DNA of 64,000 nucleotides from Candidatus Eiseniibacteriota bacterium (GCA_963702435.1 CAVPCR010000003.1:96001-160000), one strand, 5' to 3'; positions 40,771 through 51,804 are shown, numbered from the stretch's first letter. Notes: generated by a model not told the origin, from the sequence alone. Made by a program: numbers and translations.

Positions 40771-42435
40771 CTAGCCGCCCGGCCGCATCGCCGGCGGCAG
40801 ATCGACCGCGCGCACCCACTTGACCGTGGGTTCGCGCGCGAGCTCGTCGGCGGCTGCGGCGGGGAGCGGCGTGTCGATGTTGATGACGGTGAGCGCGTCC
40901 TCGCCGCGTCCGCCGCGCCGGCCCCAGGTCATGGTCGCGATGTTGACCTGGTGGCGGCCGAGGATGGTGCCGATGCGGCCGACCACGCCGGCGACGTCCT
41001 GGTTCTTGAGCACGATCATGGCTCCGGCGGGGGTCGCATCGATCGCGTAGCCGTCCACCGTGACCAGCCGGTAGCTCCCGTCGCGGCGGATCGTGCCGCC
41101 GACGGTGTGGCGCGCGCCCGCACTCTCGGCCGTGACCTCGATCGCGCTCGTGAACTCGCCGGCCTCGTCCGAGCGCGTGTGCTCGACCGTGACGCGGCGC
41201 TCCTTGAGGATCGCCCGGCAGTTCACGAAGTTGACGCGGTCGCCGAGGCTCGGCGTGAGGAGTCCCTTGTAGAGGCCGAGCGCGATGACCTCGGTGGCGA
41301 GCCCCGCCACCTCCCCGGCGAAGCGCGCATGGATGGCCACGGGCGGCCCGGCGGCGAGCTGCGCCAGCATCGCGCCCAGCCGCTCGGCGAGATCGAGGAA
41401 GGGCCCGGCCTGCTCCATGAGCTCGGGGGGGAGCGAGGGCAGGTTGACGGCGTTCTGCGCCGGCTTTCCGGCGAGTACGGCGAGGACGTCCGCGGCCACG
41501 GTGAGGGCCACGAGCTCCTGCGCCTCGCGGGTCGAGGCGCCGAGGTGCGGGGTCACGATGACGTCGTCCCGGCCGAGGAGCGGGTTATCCTTCTGAGGCG
41601 GTTCTTCCGCGAAGACATCGATGGCTGCGCCCGCCACCTGCTTCGCATCGAGGGCGCGGCAGAGCGCGGCCTCGTCCACGACGCCGCCGCGGGAGACGTT
41701 CACGAGACGCACTCCGGGCTTCATCGCGGCGAAGGCCGCATCGTCGAGGATGTGCCTCGTGGTCGCCGTGAGCGGGAGATGCAGGGTCAGGAAGTCGGCG
41801 GCCGCAAGGACCGCCGGGAGGGACAGGAGCTCGACCCCCGAGCGCTCCGCATCGGGCGGGGCGACGAAGGGATCGTGGGCCACGACGCGCAGGCCGAAAG
41901 CGGCGGCGCGGCGGGCCACCTCGCGGCCGATCCGCCCGTAGCCGATGATGCCGAGGGTCTTCCCGCGGAGTTCGACGCCGACGAAGCGGCTCCGCTGCCA
42001 CTCCCCCGCGCGGAGCGAGCGATCGGCGGCGGGCACCTGGCGGGCGAGGGCAAGCATGAGCGCGAGCGTGTGCTCCGCGGCGGCGATCGTGTTCCCGCTC
42101 GGGGCGTTGACGACGAGGATGCCGCGAGCGGTCGCGACATCGAGGTCCACGTTGTCCACACCGGTGCCGGCGCGGGCGATCACCCGCAGGCGATCGCCGG
42201 CCTCGATCACGGGCCGCGTCACCTGGGTACCGCTGCGCACGATGAGAGCCGCCGCGTCGGCGATCTCCCGGAGGAGATCCTCCCCGATGAGCCCGGGCCG
42301 GTAGCGGACCTCGATCCCGGGTGCGGCGCCGAGGAGCGCGAGGCATTCGGGGATCACGGGATCGGTGACGAGCACGACATGGCAGGAGCCGCCGGGGGCG
42401 GGTGGGGCGCCGGACGCGGGCCATGACGTCGTCAT
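40771..42435 (-). CDS. serA: D-3-phosphoglycerate dehydrogenase (with ASB and ACT domains)
   Basis: RAGTGVDNVD, NAPSGNTIAAAEHT, GYGRIG, NVSRGG, AAIDVF, TPHLGASTREAQ, C-terminal ACT domain. GGAGGT SD. Confidence 0.94.
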   Translation of the reverse strand: MTTSWPASGAPPAPGGSCHVVLVTDPVIPECLALLGAAPGIEVRYRPGLIGEDLLREIADAAALIVRSGTQVTRPVIEAGDRLRVIARAGTGVDNVDLDVATARGILVVNAPSGNTIAAAEHTLALMLALARQVPAADRSLRAGEWQRSRFVGVELRGKTLGIIGYGRIGREVARRAAAFGLRVVAHDPFVAPPDAERSGVELLSLPAVLAAADFLTLHLPLTATTRHILDDAAFAAMKPGVRLVNVSRGGVVDEAALCRALDAKQVAGAAIDVFAEEPPQKDNPLLGRDDVIVTPHLGASTREAQELVALTVAADVLAVLAGKPAQNAVNLPSLPPELMEQAGPFLDLAERLGAMLAQLAAGPPVAIHARFAGEVAGLATEVIALGLYKGLLTPSLGDRVNFVNCRAILKERRVTVEHTRSDEAGEFTSAIEVTAESAGARHTVGGTIRRDGSYRLVTVDGYAIDATPAGAMIVLKNQDVAGVVGRIGTILGRHQVNIATMTWGRRGGRGEDALTVINIDTPLPAAAADELAREPTVKWVRAVDLPPAMRPGG

Positions 42436-42463
42436 CGAGCCACCTCCGGGCGGGGATGGCGCA

Positions 42464-42502
42464 AGGCCCGGAACCTTCTCATGGACAAGTGGTTCCGGGC
42501 CT
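42464..42502. terminator. Inverted repeat downstream of tRNA-Ala
   Basis: AGGCCCGGAACC...GGTTCCGGGCCT, 12-bp arms. Confidence 0.55.
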
Positions 42503-42514
42503 CACTTCGATCTC

Positions 42515-42590
42515 TGGTGGAGCTGACGGGGATCGAACCCGTGACCTCTTGTCTGCCAGACAAGCGCTCTCCCATCTGAGCTACAGCCCC
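42515..42590 (-). tRNA. tRNA-Ala(GGC)
   Basis: Reverse complement GGGGCTGTAGCTCAGATGGGAGAGCGCTTGTCTGGCAGACAAGAGGTCACGGGTTCGATCCCCGTCAGCTCCACCA. Confidence 0.97.
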
Positions 42591-42616
42591 ACGAAGGCAG
42601 TTGGCACGGGCCAGCG

Positions 42617-42646
42617 AAGCTAGCCGGAACCGAGGGATGCGGTCAA
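42617..42646 (-). promoter_or_regulatory. Promoter for tRNA-Ala
   Basis: TTGACC-18 nt-TAGCTT, ending 26 nt before the tRNA. Confidence 0.6.
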
Positions 42647-42943
42647 CAGGGAAGTGCCGGGCGCGCCCCCTTGGGGCAGGGCCCCGATCAGGCCGTTGGC
42701 CCCGGAGCACCCGACGGCGCAGGGGAATCGGCGTCGCTCGTGACGCGGATCGTGGCGGCGACCTCGGGCAACGCGAGGACCATGGTCGCGCCAGCGGCGA
42801 GGACGGACGATCCGAAGGCGGACCGAGGCCCGAGAGTCCCCACGAACGGCTCCTCACGGACGCCGCCGCCGACGGTCGCGGCGCCCTGACATGGGGCACA
42901 GATTCGGAGCGGAGATCCGGCCATCGCCGGAGTCGAGGGATCC

Positions 42944-43030
42944 TGGTGCCGGAGGCGGGATTTGAACCCGCACAACCCGTAGGGTCACCGCCTTTTGAGG
43001 GCGGCGTGTCTACCTTTCCACCACTCCGGC
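42944..43030 (-). tRNA. tRNA-Leu(CAA)
   Basis: Reverse complement GCCGGAGTGGTGGAAAGGTAGACACGCCGCCCTCAAAAGGCGGTGACCCTACGGGTTGTGCGGGTTCAAATCCCGCCTCCGGCACCA, with a long variable arm. Confidence 0.95.
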
Positions 43031-43213
43031 ACCCGAGGGCCGGATCCTGACATGTCGTCTTCTGACCCGCAAGCGGCCGCCCGAGTGCCGACTCGAGCAC
43101 CGGCGCCTGGACGGGCGGGATGGGATCGGCTACCATTAGGCGAGGAAGTGGTGCCCCCGATGGTGTTTGTCCCCCTCAACCAGCCGCCCCGCACCCCACG
43201 GAGAGAGATCACG

Positions 43214-45028
43214 ATGCACGCGACCCCGTCGCTTCGCGCCACGATCGACCGCCGGATGATATCCGCGGCCGCCCTGGCCGCACTCGTTCTCGGCCTCGTC
43301 GCCACCGCCGTCCAGGCGGCCCCCTTCGATCACCCGTGGACGATCGCCCGTCACGACCAGGGGACCCTGGCCGCCGATCTTGCGCGCCTCGATGCGGCCG
43401 CGGGCGCGATCCCCGTGTGGGTCTACCTGACGGACAAGGGGATCACCTCCGACGAGAGCTACGCGCGCGCGCGCGCCGCGGCGGAGGCAGCGCTCACCCC
43501 GGCGGCGCGCGAGCGGCGGGCCCAGCTCGGCGGGGCGGCGCTCGTCGACTACCTCGATCTCCCGGTGCGTGCCGACCACGTCCAGGCGATCGCCGCGACC
43601 GGCGCCGAGCTCCGGCAGACGAGCCGCTGGCTGAACGCGGTGAGCGTGAACGCCACCCCGGCGGAGCTCGTGCGGATCGCGGTCCTGCCGATGGTCGCGC
43701 GGCTCGCGCCCGTCGCCCGCGGCCCGCGCTCGCCGCTCCCCGGGCCCGAGCGCACCCCGGAAACGGCCGGCGCCGCCCAGGTCCACATCCTCAACTACGG
43801 CCAGTCGCTCGGGCAGCTCGACGAGATCCAGGTCGCCGATGTGCACGACCTCGGCTACTCCGGCGCCGGCGTCCTCGTCTGCATGCTCGACACCGGGTAC
43901 TACAAGCAGCACGAGGCCTTCGCGCCCGCCATCTCGAGCGGCCGCCTGATCGCCGAGCGGGATTTCATCAACGGCGACTGGAACACGCAGAACGAGCCGG
44001 GCGACCCGTCCACGCAGCACAACCACGGGACCTACACCTGGTCGGCCCTCGGCGGCCAGAAGCCGGGCCAGCTCTACGGTCCCGCCTTCGGGGCCACCTT
44101 CGCCATCGGCAAGACCGAGGACGTGGCCGACGAGCAGCCGATCGAGGAGGATTTCTGGCTCGCCGGGAGCGAGTGGGCCGATTCGCTCGGCGCCCGCGTC
44201 ATCTCGAGCTCGCTCGGCTATCTCGACTGGTACACCTACGAGGACATGGACGGGAACACGGCGGTGACGACCAACGCCGCCGACATCGCGGCGAGCCGCA
44301 ACATCCTCGTCTGCACGGCGGCCGGCAACGAGGGGAACTCGAGCTGGCACTACCTCATCGCTCCATCGGATGGTGATTCGGTCATCGCCTGCGGCGCCGT
44401 GGACGACGCGAACCAGGTCGCCGGCTTCTCTTCCTGGGGGCCGAGCTACGACGGGCGCATGAAGCCCGAGGTCTGCGCGCGCGGGGTGTCGACCCGGTGC
44501 GCGACGACGCAGAGCACGACGAGCTACGCCGGCGTGTCCGGCACCTCGCTCTCGACCCCGCTCATCGGCGGCGCCGCCGCGCTCGTCATGGAGGCGCGAC
44601 CCGCCTGGACCGCGATGCAGGTGCGGGAGGCGCTCATCCGGACCGCCGACACCGTGAACAACCCCGACTATCGTCGCGGCTACGGCCGGATCCGCGTCCA
44701 CGACGCCATCAACTACACGGTGGTCGCGATCGCGCCCGTGGCGGCGCCGGAGGTGACCCCGCGGCTCCACGTGAGCCCGAATCCGCTCGCCTTCCCGACC
44801 GCGATCGCGCTCGCGGTCCCCGCCGCCGGTCCGCTGGCGGTCGACCTCTACGCGGTAGGCGGACGCCACGTGGCGCGGCTCCTCGACACGCGTGCGGCGG
44901 CCGGCGAGCTCCGTCTGAGCTGGGACGGCCGCGATGCGAACGGCGTCCAGGTCCCGGCCGGGGTCTATCTCCTCCGCGCCCGGGGGACTGGTCTCGATAC
45001 CCAGGCCAAGGTGGTGCTCGCTCCTTGA
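43214..45028 (+). CDS. Secreted S8 subtilisin-like protease with a C-terminal FlgD-Ig-like domain
   Basis: Signal peptide and prodomain, triad motifs LDTG / HNHGT / SGTSLSTP, oxyanion AAGNEG, C-terminal SPNP..WDGRDANG..VPAGVYLLR. Confidence 0.92.
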   Translation: MHATPSLRATIDRRMISAAALAALVLGLVATAVQAAPFDHPWTIARHDQGTLAADLARLDAAAGAIPVWVYLTDKGITSDESYARARAAAEAALTPAARERRAQLGGAALVDYLDLPVRADHVQAIAATGAELRQTSRWLNAVSVNATPAELVRIAVLPMVARLAPVARGPRSPLPGPERTPETAGAAQVHILNYGQSLGQLDEIQVADVHDLGYSGAGVLVCMLDTGYYKQHEAFAPAISSGRLIAERDFINGDWNTQNEPGDPSTQHNHGTYTWSALGGQKPGQLYGPAFGATFAIGKTEDVADEQPIEEDFWLAGSEWADSLGARVISSSLGYLDWYTYEDMDGNTAVTTNAADIAASRNILVCTAAGNEGNSSWHYLIAPSDGDSVIACGAVDDANQVAGFSSWGPSYDGRMKPEVCARGVSTRCATTQSTTSYAGVSGTSLSTPLIGGAAALVMEARPAWTAMQVREALIRTADTVNNPDYRRGYGRIRVHDAINYTVVAIAPVAAPEVTPRLHVSPNPLAFPTAIALAVPAAGPLAVDLYAVGGRHVARLLDTRAAAGELRLSWDGRDANGVQVPAGVYLLRARGTGLDTQAKVVLAP

Positions 45029-45061
45029 GCGACCGCCCGCGTTTTGAGCCGAGCTTCCGAT

Positions 45062-45089
45062 GAGAGCCGGGCGGCAACGCCCGGCTCTC
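45062..45089. terminator. Hairpin between convergent genes
   Basis: GAGAGCCGGGCG-GCAA-CGCCCGGCTCTC, a perfect 12-bp stem. Confidence 0.65.
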
Positions 45090-45105
45090 TCCTATCCACC
45101 CCTCG

Positions 45106-46266
45106 CTAGCCGATCGTCTTCCGGAAGCGCGTGGTCGCGATCGCGAGGAGCGCGCCGCCGATCGCGGCGAGTGCCGCGTACTGGGGCCACAGGGCGCCGA
45201 GCCCGGTGCCCTTGAGGAAGATCCCGCGCACGATCTCGAGGTAGTGCCGCATCGGGTTGAGCAGGGTGAGCCACTGGAAGCGGCCGGCATGCTGGCTGAC
45301 GGGGAACATGAACCCCGAGAGCAGCATCGTCGGCATGAAGACGAGGAAGCTCGACCATGAAGGCCTCCTGCTGGGTGTTGGAGACCGTCGAGATGAGGAG
45401 CCCGAGGCCGAGCGCCGGAGAGCAGGTAGAGGACGCTCGCCAGCGAGCAGAGCGGGGCCAGCTGCCCGTCGAACGGCACGCGGAACCAGAGCAGCGCGAC
45501 GGCCGTGATCAGCGCCAGGTCGAAGAGACCGATGAGCGCGAACGGGATCGTCTTGCCGGCGATCAGCTCGCCGGGGTGAGCGGGCTCACCATGAGCTGCT
45601 CGAGGGTGCCGATCTCCCGCTCGCGCACCACGGCGAGCGCGGTGAGGAGCAGGCAGATGAGCAGCATGATCGCGCCCACCACCGCCGGCACGTTGTAGTT
45701 CGCGGCTCGCGAGGTCCGGGTTGAACCAGGCCCGCTCGCGCAGCTCGATCGCCGGCGGCGCGGCCGGCGCCGCCCGGCTGCCGCAGCGGCGTAGCTCTGC
45801 ACGATGCGCTCGGCGTAGCCGCGTGGCGACGGTCGCGGCGTTCGAGTTGGTGCCGTCGAAGAGGAGCTGCACCGCGGCGCCGCGCCGCTCGCCAGGTCGC
45901 GGGCGAAGCCGGCCGGGATCTCGAGCCCGACGATGGCCCGGCCGTGGTCGAGCGCGTCGCCCGAGGTCGCGCGGGCGCGGTCCGACGCGCCCGACCACCC
46001 GGAAGTAGCCCGGACGCGGTGAACGCCGCGACCAGCTCGCGCGAGACTCGCGGGTGCGGTCGTGGTCCACGACGAAGGTCGCGTGTTGCGGACGTCGGTG
46101 GAGACCGCGTAGCCGAAGACGATGAGCTGGATGATCGGCGCGACGAAGATCAGCCGCGCGCAGCCGCGGAGTCGCGGAAGATCTGATGCAACTCCTTGCG
46201 CACGAGCTCGAGCACGCGCTCGAACGAGCGCGCCGCCCGGGCTCCGCACCCGCGCCGCGGCTTCAT
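45106..46266 (-). CDS. ABC-2 exporter permease (YbhR-like), multiply frameshifted
   Basis: Fragments LVRKELHQIFRD, IIQLIVFGYAV, DGTNSN, WFNPDL, LAVVREREIGTLEQLMVSP, LSGFMFP, NPMRHYLEIVRGIFLKG. Confidence 0.8.
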
Positions 46267-47405
46267 CGCAGCTCCTTCCTGAACGCCCGCACCGCCAGGG
46301 CGAGCCCGAGCGACCGCGAAGGCGATCATCGAGGAGCCCCTGGACGTACAGGAGCTCCGCGACCCGACGCCCTTGAGGAAGATCCCGCGCGTCACCACCA
46401 GGAAGTAGCGCGCCGGGACGATGAGCGATGAGGAGCTGCAGCGGCCGCGGCATGACCGCGATGCGCGAACATGAAGCCCGAGAGCAGGTAGGCCGGGCAG
46501 GAAGGTGAGCGACCATCGCCATCTGGGTGGCCAGCAGCTGCGACCGGGCGACCGCCGAGATGAAGATGCCCGAGGCCGAGCGACGCCGATCAGGAAGAAG
46601 AACGAGAGGACGAGCGAGGAGGACCGGGCTGCCGCGGAAGGGCACGCCGAAGAGCGACGACGCCGAGCATCGCGATCGCGACCACGTCGACGAGGCCGAT
46701 GGCGAGGTAGGGGAGGAGCTTGCCGAGCACGACCTCGAGCCGCGTGACCGGCGTGGCCGCGAGCTGCTCCATGGTGCCCCGCTCCCACTCGCGGGCGATG
46801 GTGAGCGAGGTGAGCATGGCGGCGATGATCATCATGATCACGGCGACCAGCCCGGGCACGATCATGTTCCGGCTCTTCAGCTCCTCGTTGTACCAGACCG
46901 CGGCTCTCGGCGACGACGGCCGGGGTGACGGCGAGCCCGCCGAACCCGGTGCGGCGGGAGTAGCTCTGGACGATGGCCTGCGCGTAGCCGAGGGCGATGG
47001 TGGCGGTGTTGGCGTCGCTGCCGTCGACGATGCGCCTGCACCGGCGCGGCGCGCCCGGCGCCGAGGTCGGCGGCGAAGTCGGGCGGGATGACGAGCGCGA
47101 GCAGGACATCCCCGCGGTCGAGGAGCGGGCGCGAGTCGCAGCGCGTGCGCTCCGGCATCGCCGACGAGCGCGAAGTAGCCGGAGGCGCTGGAAGGCGTCG
47201 ATCAGCTCGCGGCTCCGGGCCGTGCCGTCCTGGTCCACCACCGCGAGCCGGATGTCGTCCACGTCCCAGGTGATCGCGTAGCCGAAGAGGACGAGCAGGA
47301 GCACGGGCAGCAGGAAGGCGAGGATCAGGCTGCGCGTGTCGCGGCGGAGCTGCGATGATCTCCTTGCGGGCGACGGCGAGGAGGCGGGTCGCGGCTGAAC
47401 GGCAT
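46263..47405 (-). CDS. ABC-2 exporter permease (YbhS-like), multiply frameshifted
   Basis: Fragments LRRDTRSL, LFGYAITWDV, DGSDANTA, IVPGLVAVIMMII, AREWERGTMEQL, PARYF..TRGIFLKG. Confidence 0.8.
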
Positions 47406-47417
47406 CCCCCGTCTGCC

Positions 47418-48416
47418 TCACTCCGCGAGCGCGCCGCCCGCGGCGTGGACGCAGGGCGATGAAGACGTCCTCGAGCGCGGGCGGGATCTCCGTCGATCGC
47501 GCCGAACTCGATCCCGCGCGGCCGCGAGCCGCGCCGGGATGGCCGCCCGCGCCGCCTCGCGATCGCGCGACGATGACGTGCACGGCGCGGCCGAACATGC
47601 CGGCGCTCGAGGACCCCGGGCGCGCCGGCCAGCGCCTCGACCGCGCGCGGGCTGTCGCCGCGGTCCGGATCTCGAGCAGCGGCTCGCGGATGCCGGCGCG
47701 CAGCGCGGCCGGCGTGTCGAGCGCGATCAGGCGGCCGCGGTTCATGAGCGCCAGGCGATGGCAGTACTCCGCCTCCTCCATGTAGTGCGTGCTCACGAAG
47801 ACCGTGGTGCCGCCGGCCGCGAGGGTCGTAGATCAGATCCCAGAAGCTCCGCCGGGAGATCGGATCGACGCCCGAGGTGGGCTCGTCGAGGAAGAGGAGC
47901 GGCGGCTCGTGGAGGACCGCGCAGCCGAGCGCGAGCCGCTGCTTCCAGCCCGAGCGGCAGCTCGCCCGTGATCCGTCGTGCGCGCTCGCCGTGAGCCCGG
48001 CCATCTCGAGCACCCAGTCGCGCCGCTCGGCGCGGCGCTCGCGCGGCACGCCGTAGAGCCCGGCGAAGAAGGCGATGTTCTCCTCCACGGTCAGGTCGGC
48101 GTAGAGCGAGAAGAGCTGCGACATGTAGCCGATGCTGGCGCTTGATCGCCTCGGTCTCGCTCGCCGATGTCGAAGCCGGCGACCGTGCCGCGCGCCCGGA
48201 GGTGGGCGCGAGGAGGCCGGTCAGCATCTTGATGGTCGTCGTCTTGCCGGCGCCGTTCGGGCCGAGGAAGCCGAAGACCTCGCCGCGTGCCGACCTCGAA
48301 GGTGACGCGATCGACGGCGACGAAGGCGCCGAAGGTGCGCGTGAGCTCTCGACGCGGACCGCGGGCGGAGGCGCGTCGGCGGCGCCGCGCGGCGCCGCCG
48401 GCGGGACGTCGCTCAT
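47418..48416 (-). CDS. ABC transporter ATP-binding protein, multiply frameshifted
   Basis: GFLGPNGAGKTTT, MSQLFSLYADLTVEENI, KQRLALGCA, LDEPTSGVDP, STHYMEEAEYC, LEDVFI. Confidence 0.82.
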
Positions 48417-49376
48417 CGCGCCTCCCCTGCCCCGCGATGCGCTCGATGAAGACATCCTCCATCGACGGCTCGATGCGCTCGGCGGCAGCGACGGGGAAGC
48501 CGGCCGCGCGCGAGGGCGGCGGTCACGCGCCGCGGCCGTCGCCGGTCCGCCGCGGCGACGGTGACGTGCAGCCGGTCGCCGAAGACCGCGGCCCGCGCAC
48601 GCCGCCGGATGGCGCGAGCGACCGCTGCGCGCGCGCGCGCGCGGCTCGGCGACCGCGATCGCCAGGATGTCGCCGCGCGAGGCTCGCCCTGCAGCGCGTC
48701 CGGCGTGTCGAGCGCGAGGAGCCGCCCGCGGTCGAGCAGGGCGAGCCGGTCGAAGCGCTCGGCCTCGTCCATGTAGGCGGTGCTCGACGACCGCCGTCAC
48801 GCCGTGCGCCACCATCTCGTGCACGATCAGCCAGAGGTCGCGCCGCGAGATCGGATCCACGCCGAAGGTGGGCTCGTCGAGGAGCAGGATCTCGGGCTCG
48901 TGCACGAGGGCGCAGGAGAGGCCGAGCTTCTGCTTCATGCCGCCGGAGAGCTGCCCGGCGAGGCGGTCCGCGAACGGCTCCAGGTTCGAGAAGCGGAAGA
49001 GCCGCTCGAGCCGCGCCGGCCGCTCGGCGGCGCGGCACCGCGGTAGAGGTCGGCGTAGAAGTCGGAGGTTCTCGGCCACGGTGAGATCGGCGTAGAGGCC
49101 GAAGCGCTGCGACATGTAGGCGATCCGGTGCTTCACCCCCTCGGGGTCGCGGGCGACGCTGACGCCGCCGAGGACGGCGTCGCCGGCGCTCGGGCGCAGG
49201 ACGCCGGCGAGCATGCGCAGGGTCGTCGTCTTGCCGGCGCCGTCGGGGCCGACGAGGCCGAAGAGCTCGCCGCGCGCGACGGCGAAGGTCGAGGCCGTCC
49301 ACGGCGACGAGGGCGCCGAAGCGCCGGGTCAGGCCATGCGCCGCGGACGGCGACCTCCGGCGGCGCTGTCGTTCAC
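48413..49376 (-). CDS. ABC transporter ATP-binding protein, multiply frameshifted
   Basis: GPDGAGKTT, YMSQRFGLYADLTV, LSGGMKQKL, LDEPTFGVDPISRR, MDEAERFDR, MEDVFI. Confidence 0.82.
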
Positions 49377-50398
49377 GGGCGCCGAGCTCGAGGCGCACGT
49401 CGGCCGGCATGCCGGGCTTCAGCTCGTAGCGCGGGGTCGTCGCTCGATGCGCACCTTGACCGCGTAGACGAGCTTCACGCGCTCCTCGCTGGTCTGCACG
49501 TTCTTGGGCGTGAACTCGGCCTCGCTCGCGATGAAGATGCACCTCGCCCGCGTAGCGCCTGTCGCGGATAGGTGTCGGTCGATGATCGCGGCGCGCTGGC
49601 CCAGGCGCACCGCGCCGATCCGGGTCTCGGGGACGTAGATGCGCACCCAGCGGTCGTCGCGGTTCATGCACGGTGAGGACCGGCGCGCCGGCGGCGACGA
49701 TCTCGCCCGGCTCGCGGTGGCGCACGGTGACGACGCCGTCGAAGGGGGCGCGGAGCGCCATGTTGTCGAGCGCGGCCTCGATCGCGCGCGAGCGCGGCCT
49801 CCGCCTGCGGCGACGCGCGCGCGCTGGGCCGCGATGCGCTCCTGCCGCGGGCCGCGTCTCGACGAGCGGAGCTGCTCCGCGGCCTGCGCCGCCTGGCTCG
49901 CCGCGACCTCGTAGGCGAGCGCTGCGCCTTGTCGAGTGCCTCCTGGCTCACCGCGCCGCCGGCGAGGAGCTCCTCGCGCGCGCTCGAGGTCGCGCCGGGC
50001 GTCGTCGAGGCGATCGGCGGCGCCGCCTCGCGCGCGCGCGCGCCTGCGCGATCTCCTCGGCGCGCGAGCCGCGCTCCAGCTCGTCGAGCGAGAGCGCGCG
50101 CGGCCGCCACGCTGCGCCGCGGCCTGGTCGCGGCGCGCCAGCGCCTCGGCGCGGTCGAGTGCGGCGAGCTCGGTGCCCGCGCTGCACCGGATCGCCCTCG
50201 CGGACGCGCGATCGCGTCGATGCGCCCGGCCACCTGGAAGCCGAGCTGGGCTTCGGTGGCCTCGACGGTGCCCGTGGCAGCCAGCTCGCGGCCGGGGTCG
50301 CGGTCCCGGAAGACCCCGAGGCGGGACAGGACGAGGAGCCCGCCGAGGACGAGCGGAACGAGGAGGAGAAGCTGGCGAGGCGGTGACGGTCGAGCCAT
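49373..50398 (-). CDS. HlyD-family membrane fusion protein, multiply frameshifted
   Basis: N-terminal TM helix, ATGTVEATE, LRAPFDGVV..EPGE, WVRIYVPE, IASEAEFTPKNVQT..ERVKLVYAVK, LKPGMPADV. Confidence 0.82.
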
Positions 50399-50436
50399 GG
50401 GCACGGTCTCCTTGGGTTTCTCCGTCCGTGTGCGCG

Positions 50437-51804
50437 CTACGGGCGCGCGACGAGGGCCTCGGCGAGCCACGTCGGATCGAGCTCCCCGACCACGCGGGCG
50501 AGCTCGATGCGCGCTGCGATCTCCGCGTTCCTGGCCTCGGTGCGCCGCGCCCGCGCGAGAAGGAGCTCCGCTTCCGCTTCCAGATAATCCGTCTGCGTGC
50601 CCGAGCCCGCGGCGAGAGCGAGCTGCTCGATACGCGCGACCTCGGCGAAGCGAGCCTCGGCGGTGGCGAGGCTTTGCGCGAGCGCGTGCGCCTCGAGATA
50701 GAGCGTGTAGGCACGATCCACATCGGCGGCGATCTCGAGCTCGGTGAGGCGCGCCTCCTGACCGGCGCCGCGGGCGGCGGCATCGGCGCGTGCGATCGAG
50801 CCCGTGATCGCCCCGCCGGTGAACAGGGGGAGCGACATCTGGACGCCGGTGCTCCATTCAGCCGGGAGGTCGGCGTCGTCGGAGTTGCGATCGATCCAGT
50901 TGCCGTAGAGACCGACGGACGGCCAGCGCGCCCCCCGCGCCACATCGCTCCCCGCGGCGGCGGCGGCGGCGCGCGCCCGCGCTTCCGCCGCGAGCGGGCT
51001 CTGCGCCTGTGCAGATGCGAGGAGCGCATCGCGGGCCGGGATGGTCGAATCGGCGAGCGCGACCGCGACGAGCCGGCCCGCCCGCGTCTCCTCGACGGAG
51101 CCGCCGATCAGGCGGGCGAGGTCGCGTTCGGCCACCTCGAGCGCCGCCGCGAGGCGCACGCGCTCCGCCTCGGCGCTCGCGATCGCCGCCTCGACGCGCA
51201 GGACTTCGACCTCCGCGGCTCGCCCCGCCGCGCGGAGGCGGGAGGCCCGCTCGCGCTCGGCGCTGAGCGCGATGAGGCGCTGATCCTCGGCGGCCAGGAC
51301 CTCGTGGCGCGCGAGCGTCTCGAGATACGTGCGGGCGACCCGCATGAGGATGCGCTGCTCGCTCGTCGTGAGCGCGGCGCCGGCGGCGCCGGCGAGCAAT
51401 TCGGCGCGGTCGATGCGACCGCCCCGCGCACCTCCGTCGAACACGGTGTAGGTCGCGCCGAGCGCCGCCGTGAGGTGCGTCCGGTCGAAGGGCGGGATGG
51501 CTTCAGGCGTGAAGCCGTGGATGGGCGCGACTCCCATTGGCTCCTCGTACTGGGTGGCGGCTGCCGTCAGATTGAGCCAGGGCCAGCGCGCGGCCGCCGC
51601 TTCGCCCACGCCCGCGTCCGCTTCGTCCGCGCGTGCACGCGCGGCGCCGACCGTGGGATGGGTCGCGAGGGCGCGGGCCGCGGCCTCGACCAGTGCGAGC
51701 GTCGAGTCGGCTGCCGGATCAGCTCCGGCGAGGGGTCCGCCGAGGAGGACCCCGGCGGCGGCGAGGGCGAGGATGACGGGGGCAGGACCCGGGTGGTGCG
51801 TCAT
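50437..51804 (-). CDS. TolC-family outer membrane efflux protein
   Basis: Signal peptide and two OEP repeats (YTVFDGG; SLPLFTGG; GSGTQTDYLEAE). Confidence 0.88.
   Translation of the reverse strand: MTHHPGPAPVILALAAAGVLLGGPLAGADPAADSTLALVEAAARALATHPTVGAARARADEADAGVGEAAAARWPWLNLTAAATQYEEPMGVAPIHGFTPEAIPPFDRTHLTAALGATYTVFDGGARGGRIDRAELLAGAAGAALTTSEQRILMRVARTYLETLARHEVLAAEDQRLIALSAERERASRLRAAGRAAEVEVLRVEAAIASAEAERVRLAAALEVAERDLARLIGGSVEETRAGRLVAVALADSTIPARDALLASAQAQSPLAAEARARAAAAAAGSDVARGARWPSVGLYGNWIDRNSDDADLPAEWSTGVQMSLPLFTGGAITGSIARADAAARGAGQEARLTELEIAADVDRAYTLYLEAHALAQSLATAEARFAEVARIEQLALAAGSGTQTDYLEAEAELLLARARRTEARNAEIAARIELARVVGELDPTWLAEALVARP

Noticed and set aside
42400..43100. Integrated element at the tRNA genes (also tRNA-Pro and tRNA-Gly)
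   Set aside because: No integrase, no duplicated tRNA 3' end that I could find, and housekeeping flanks.
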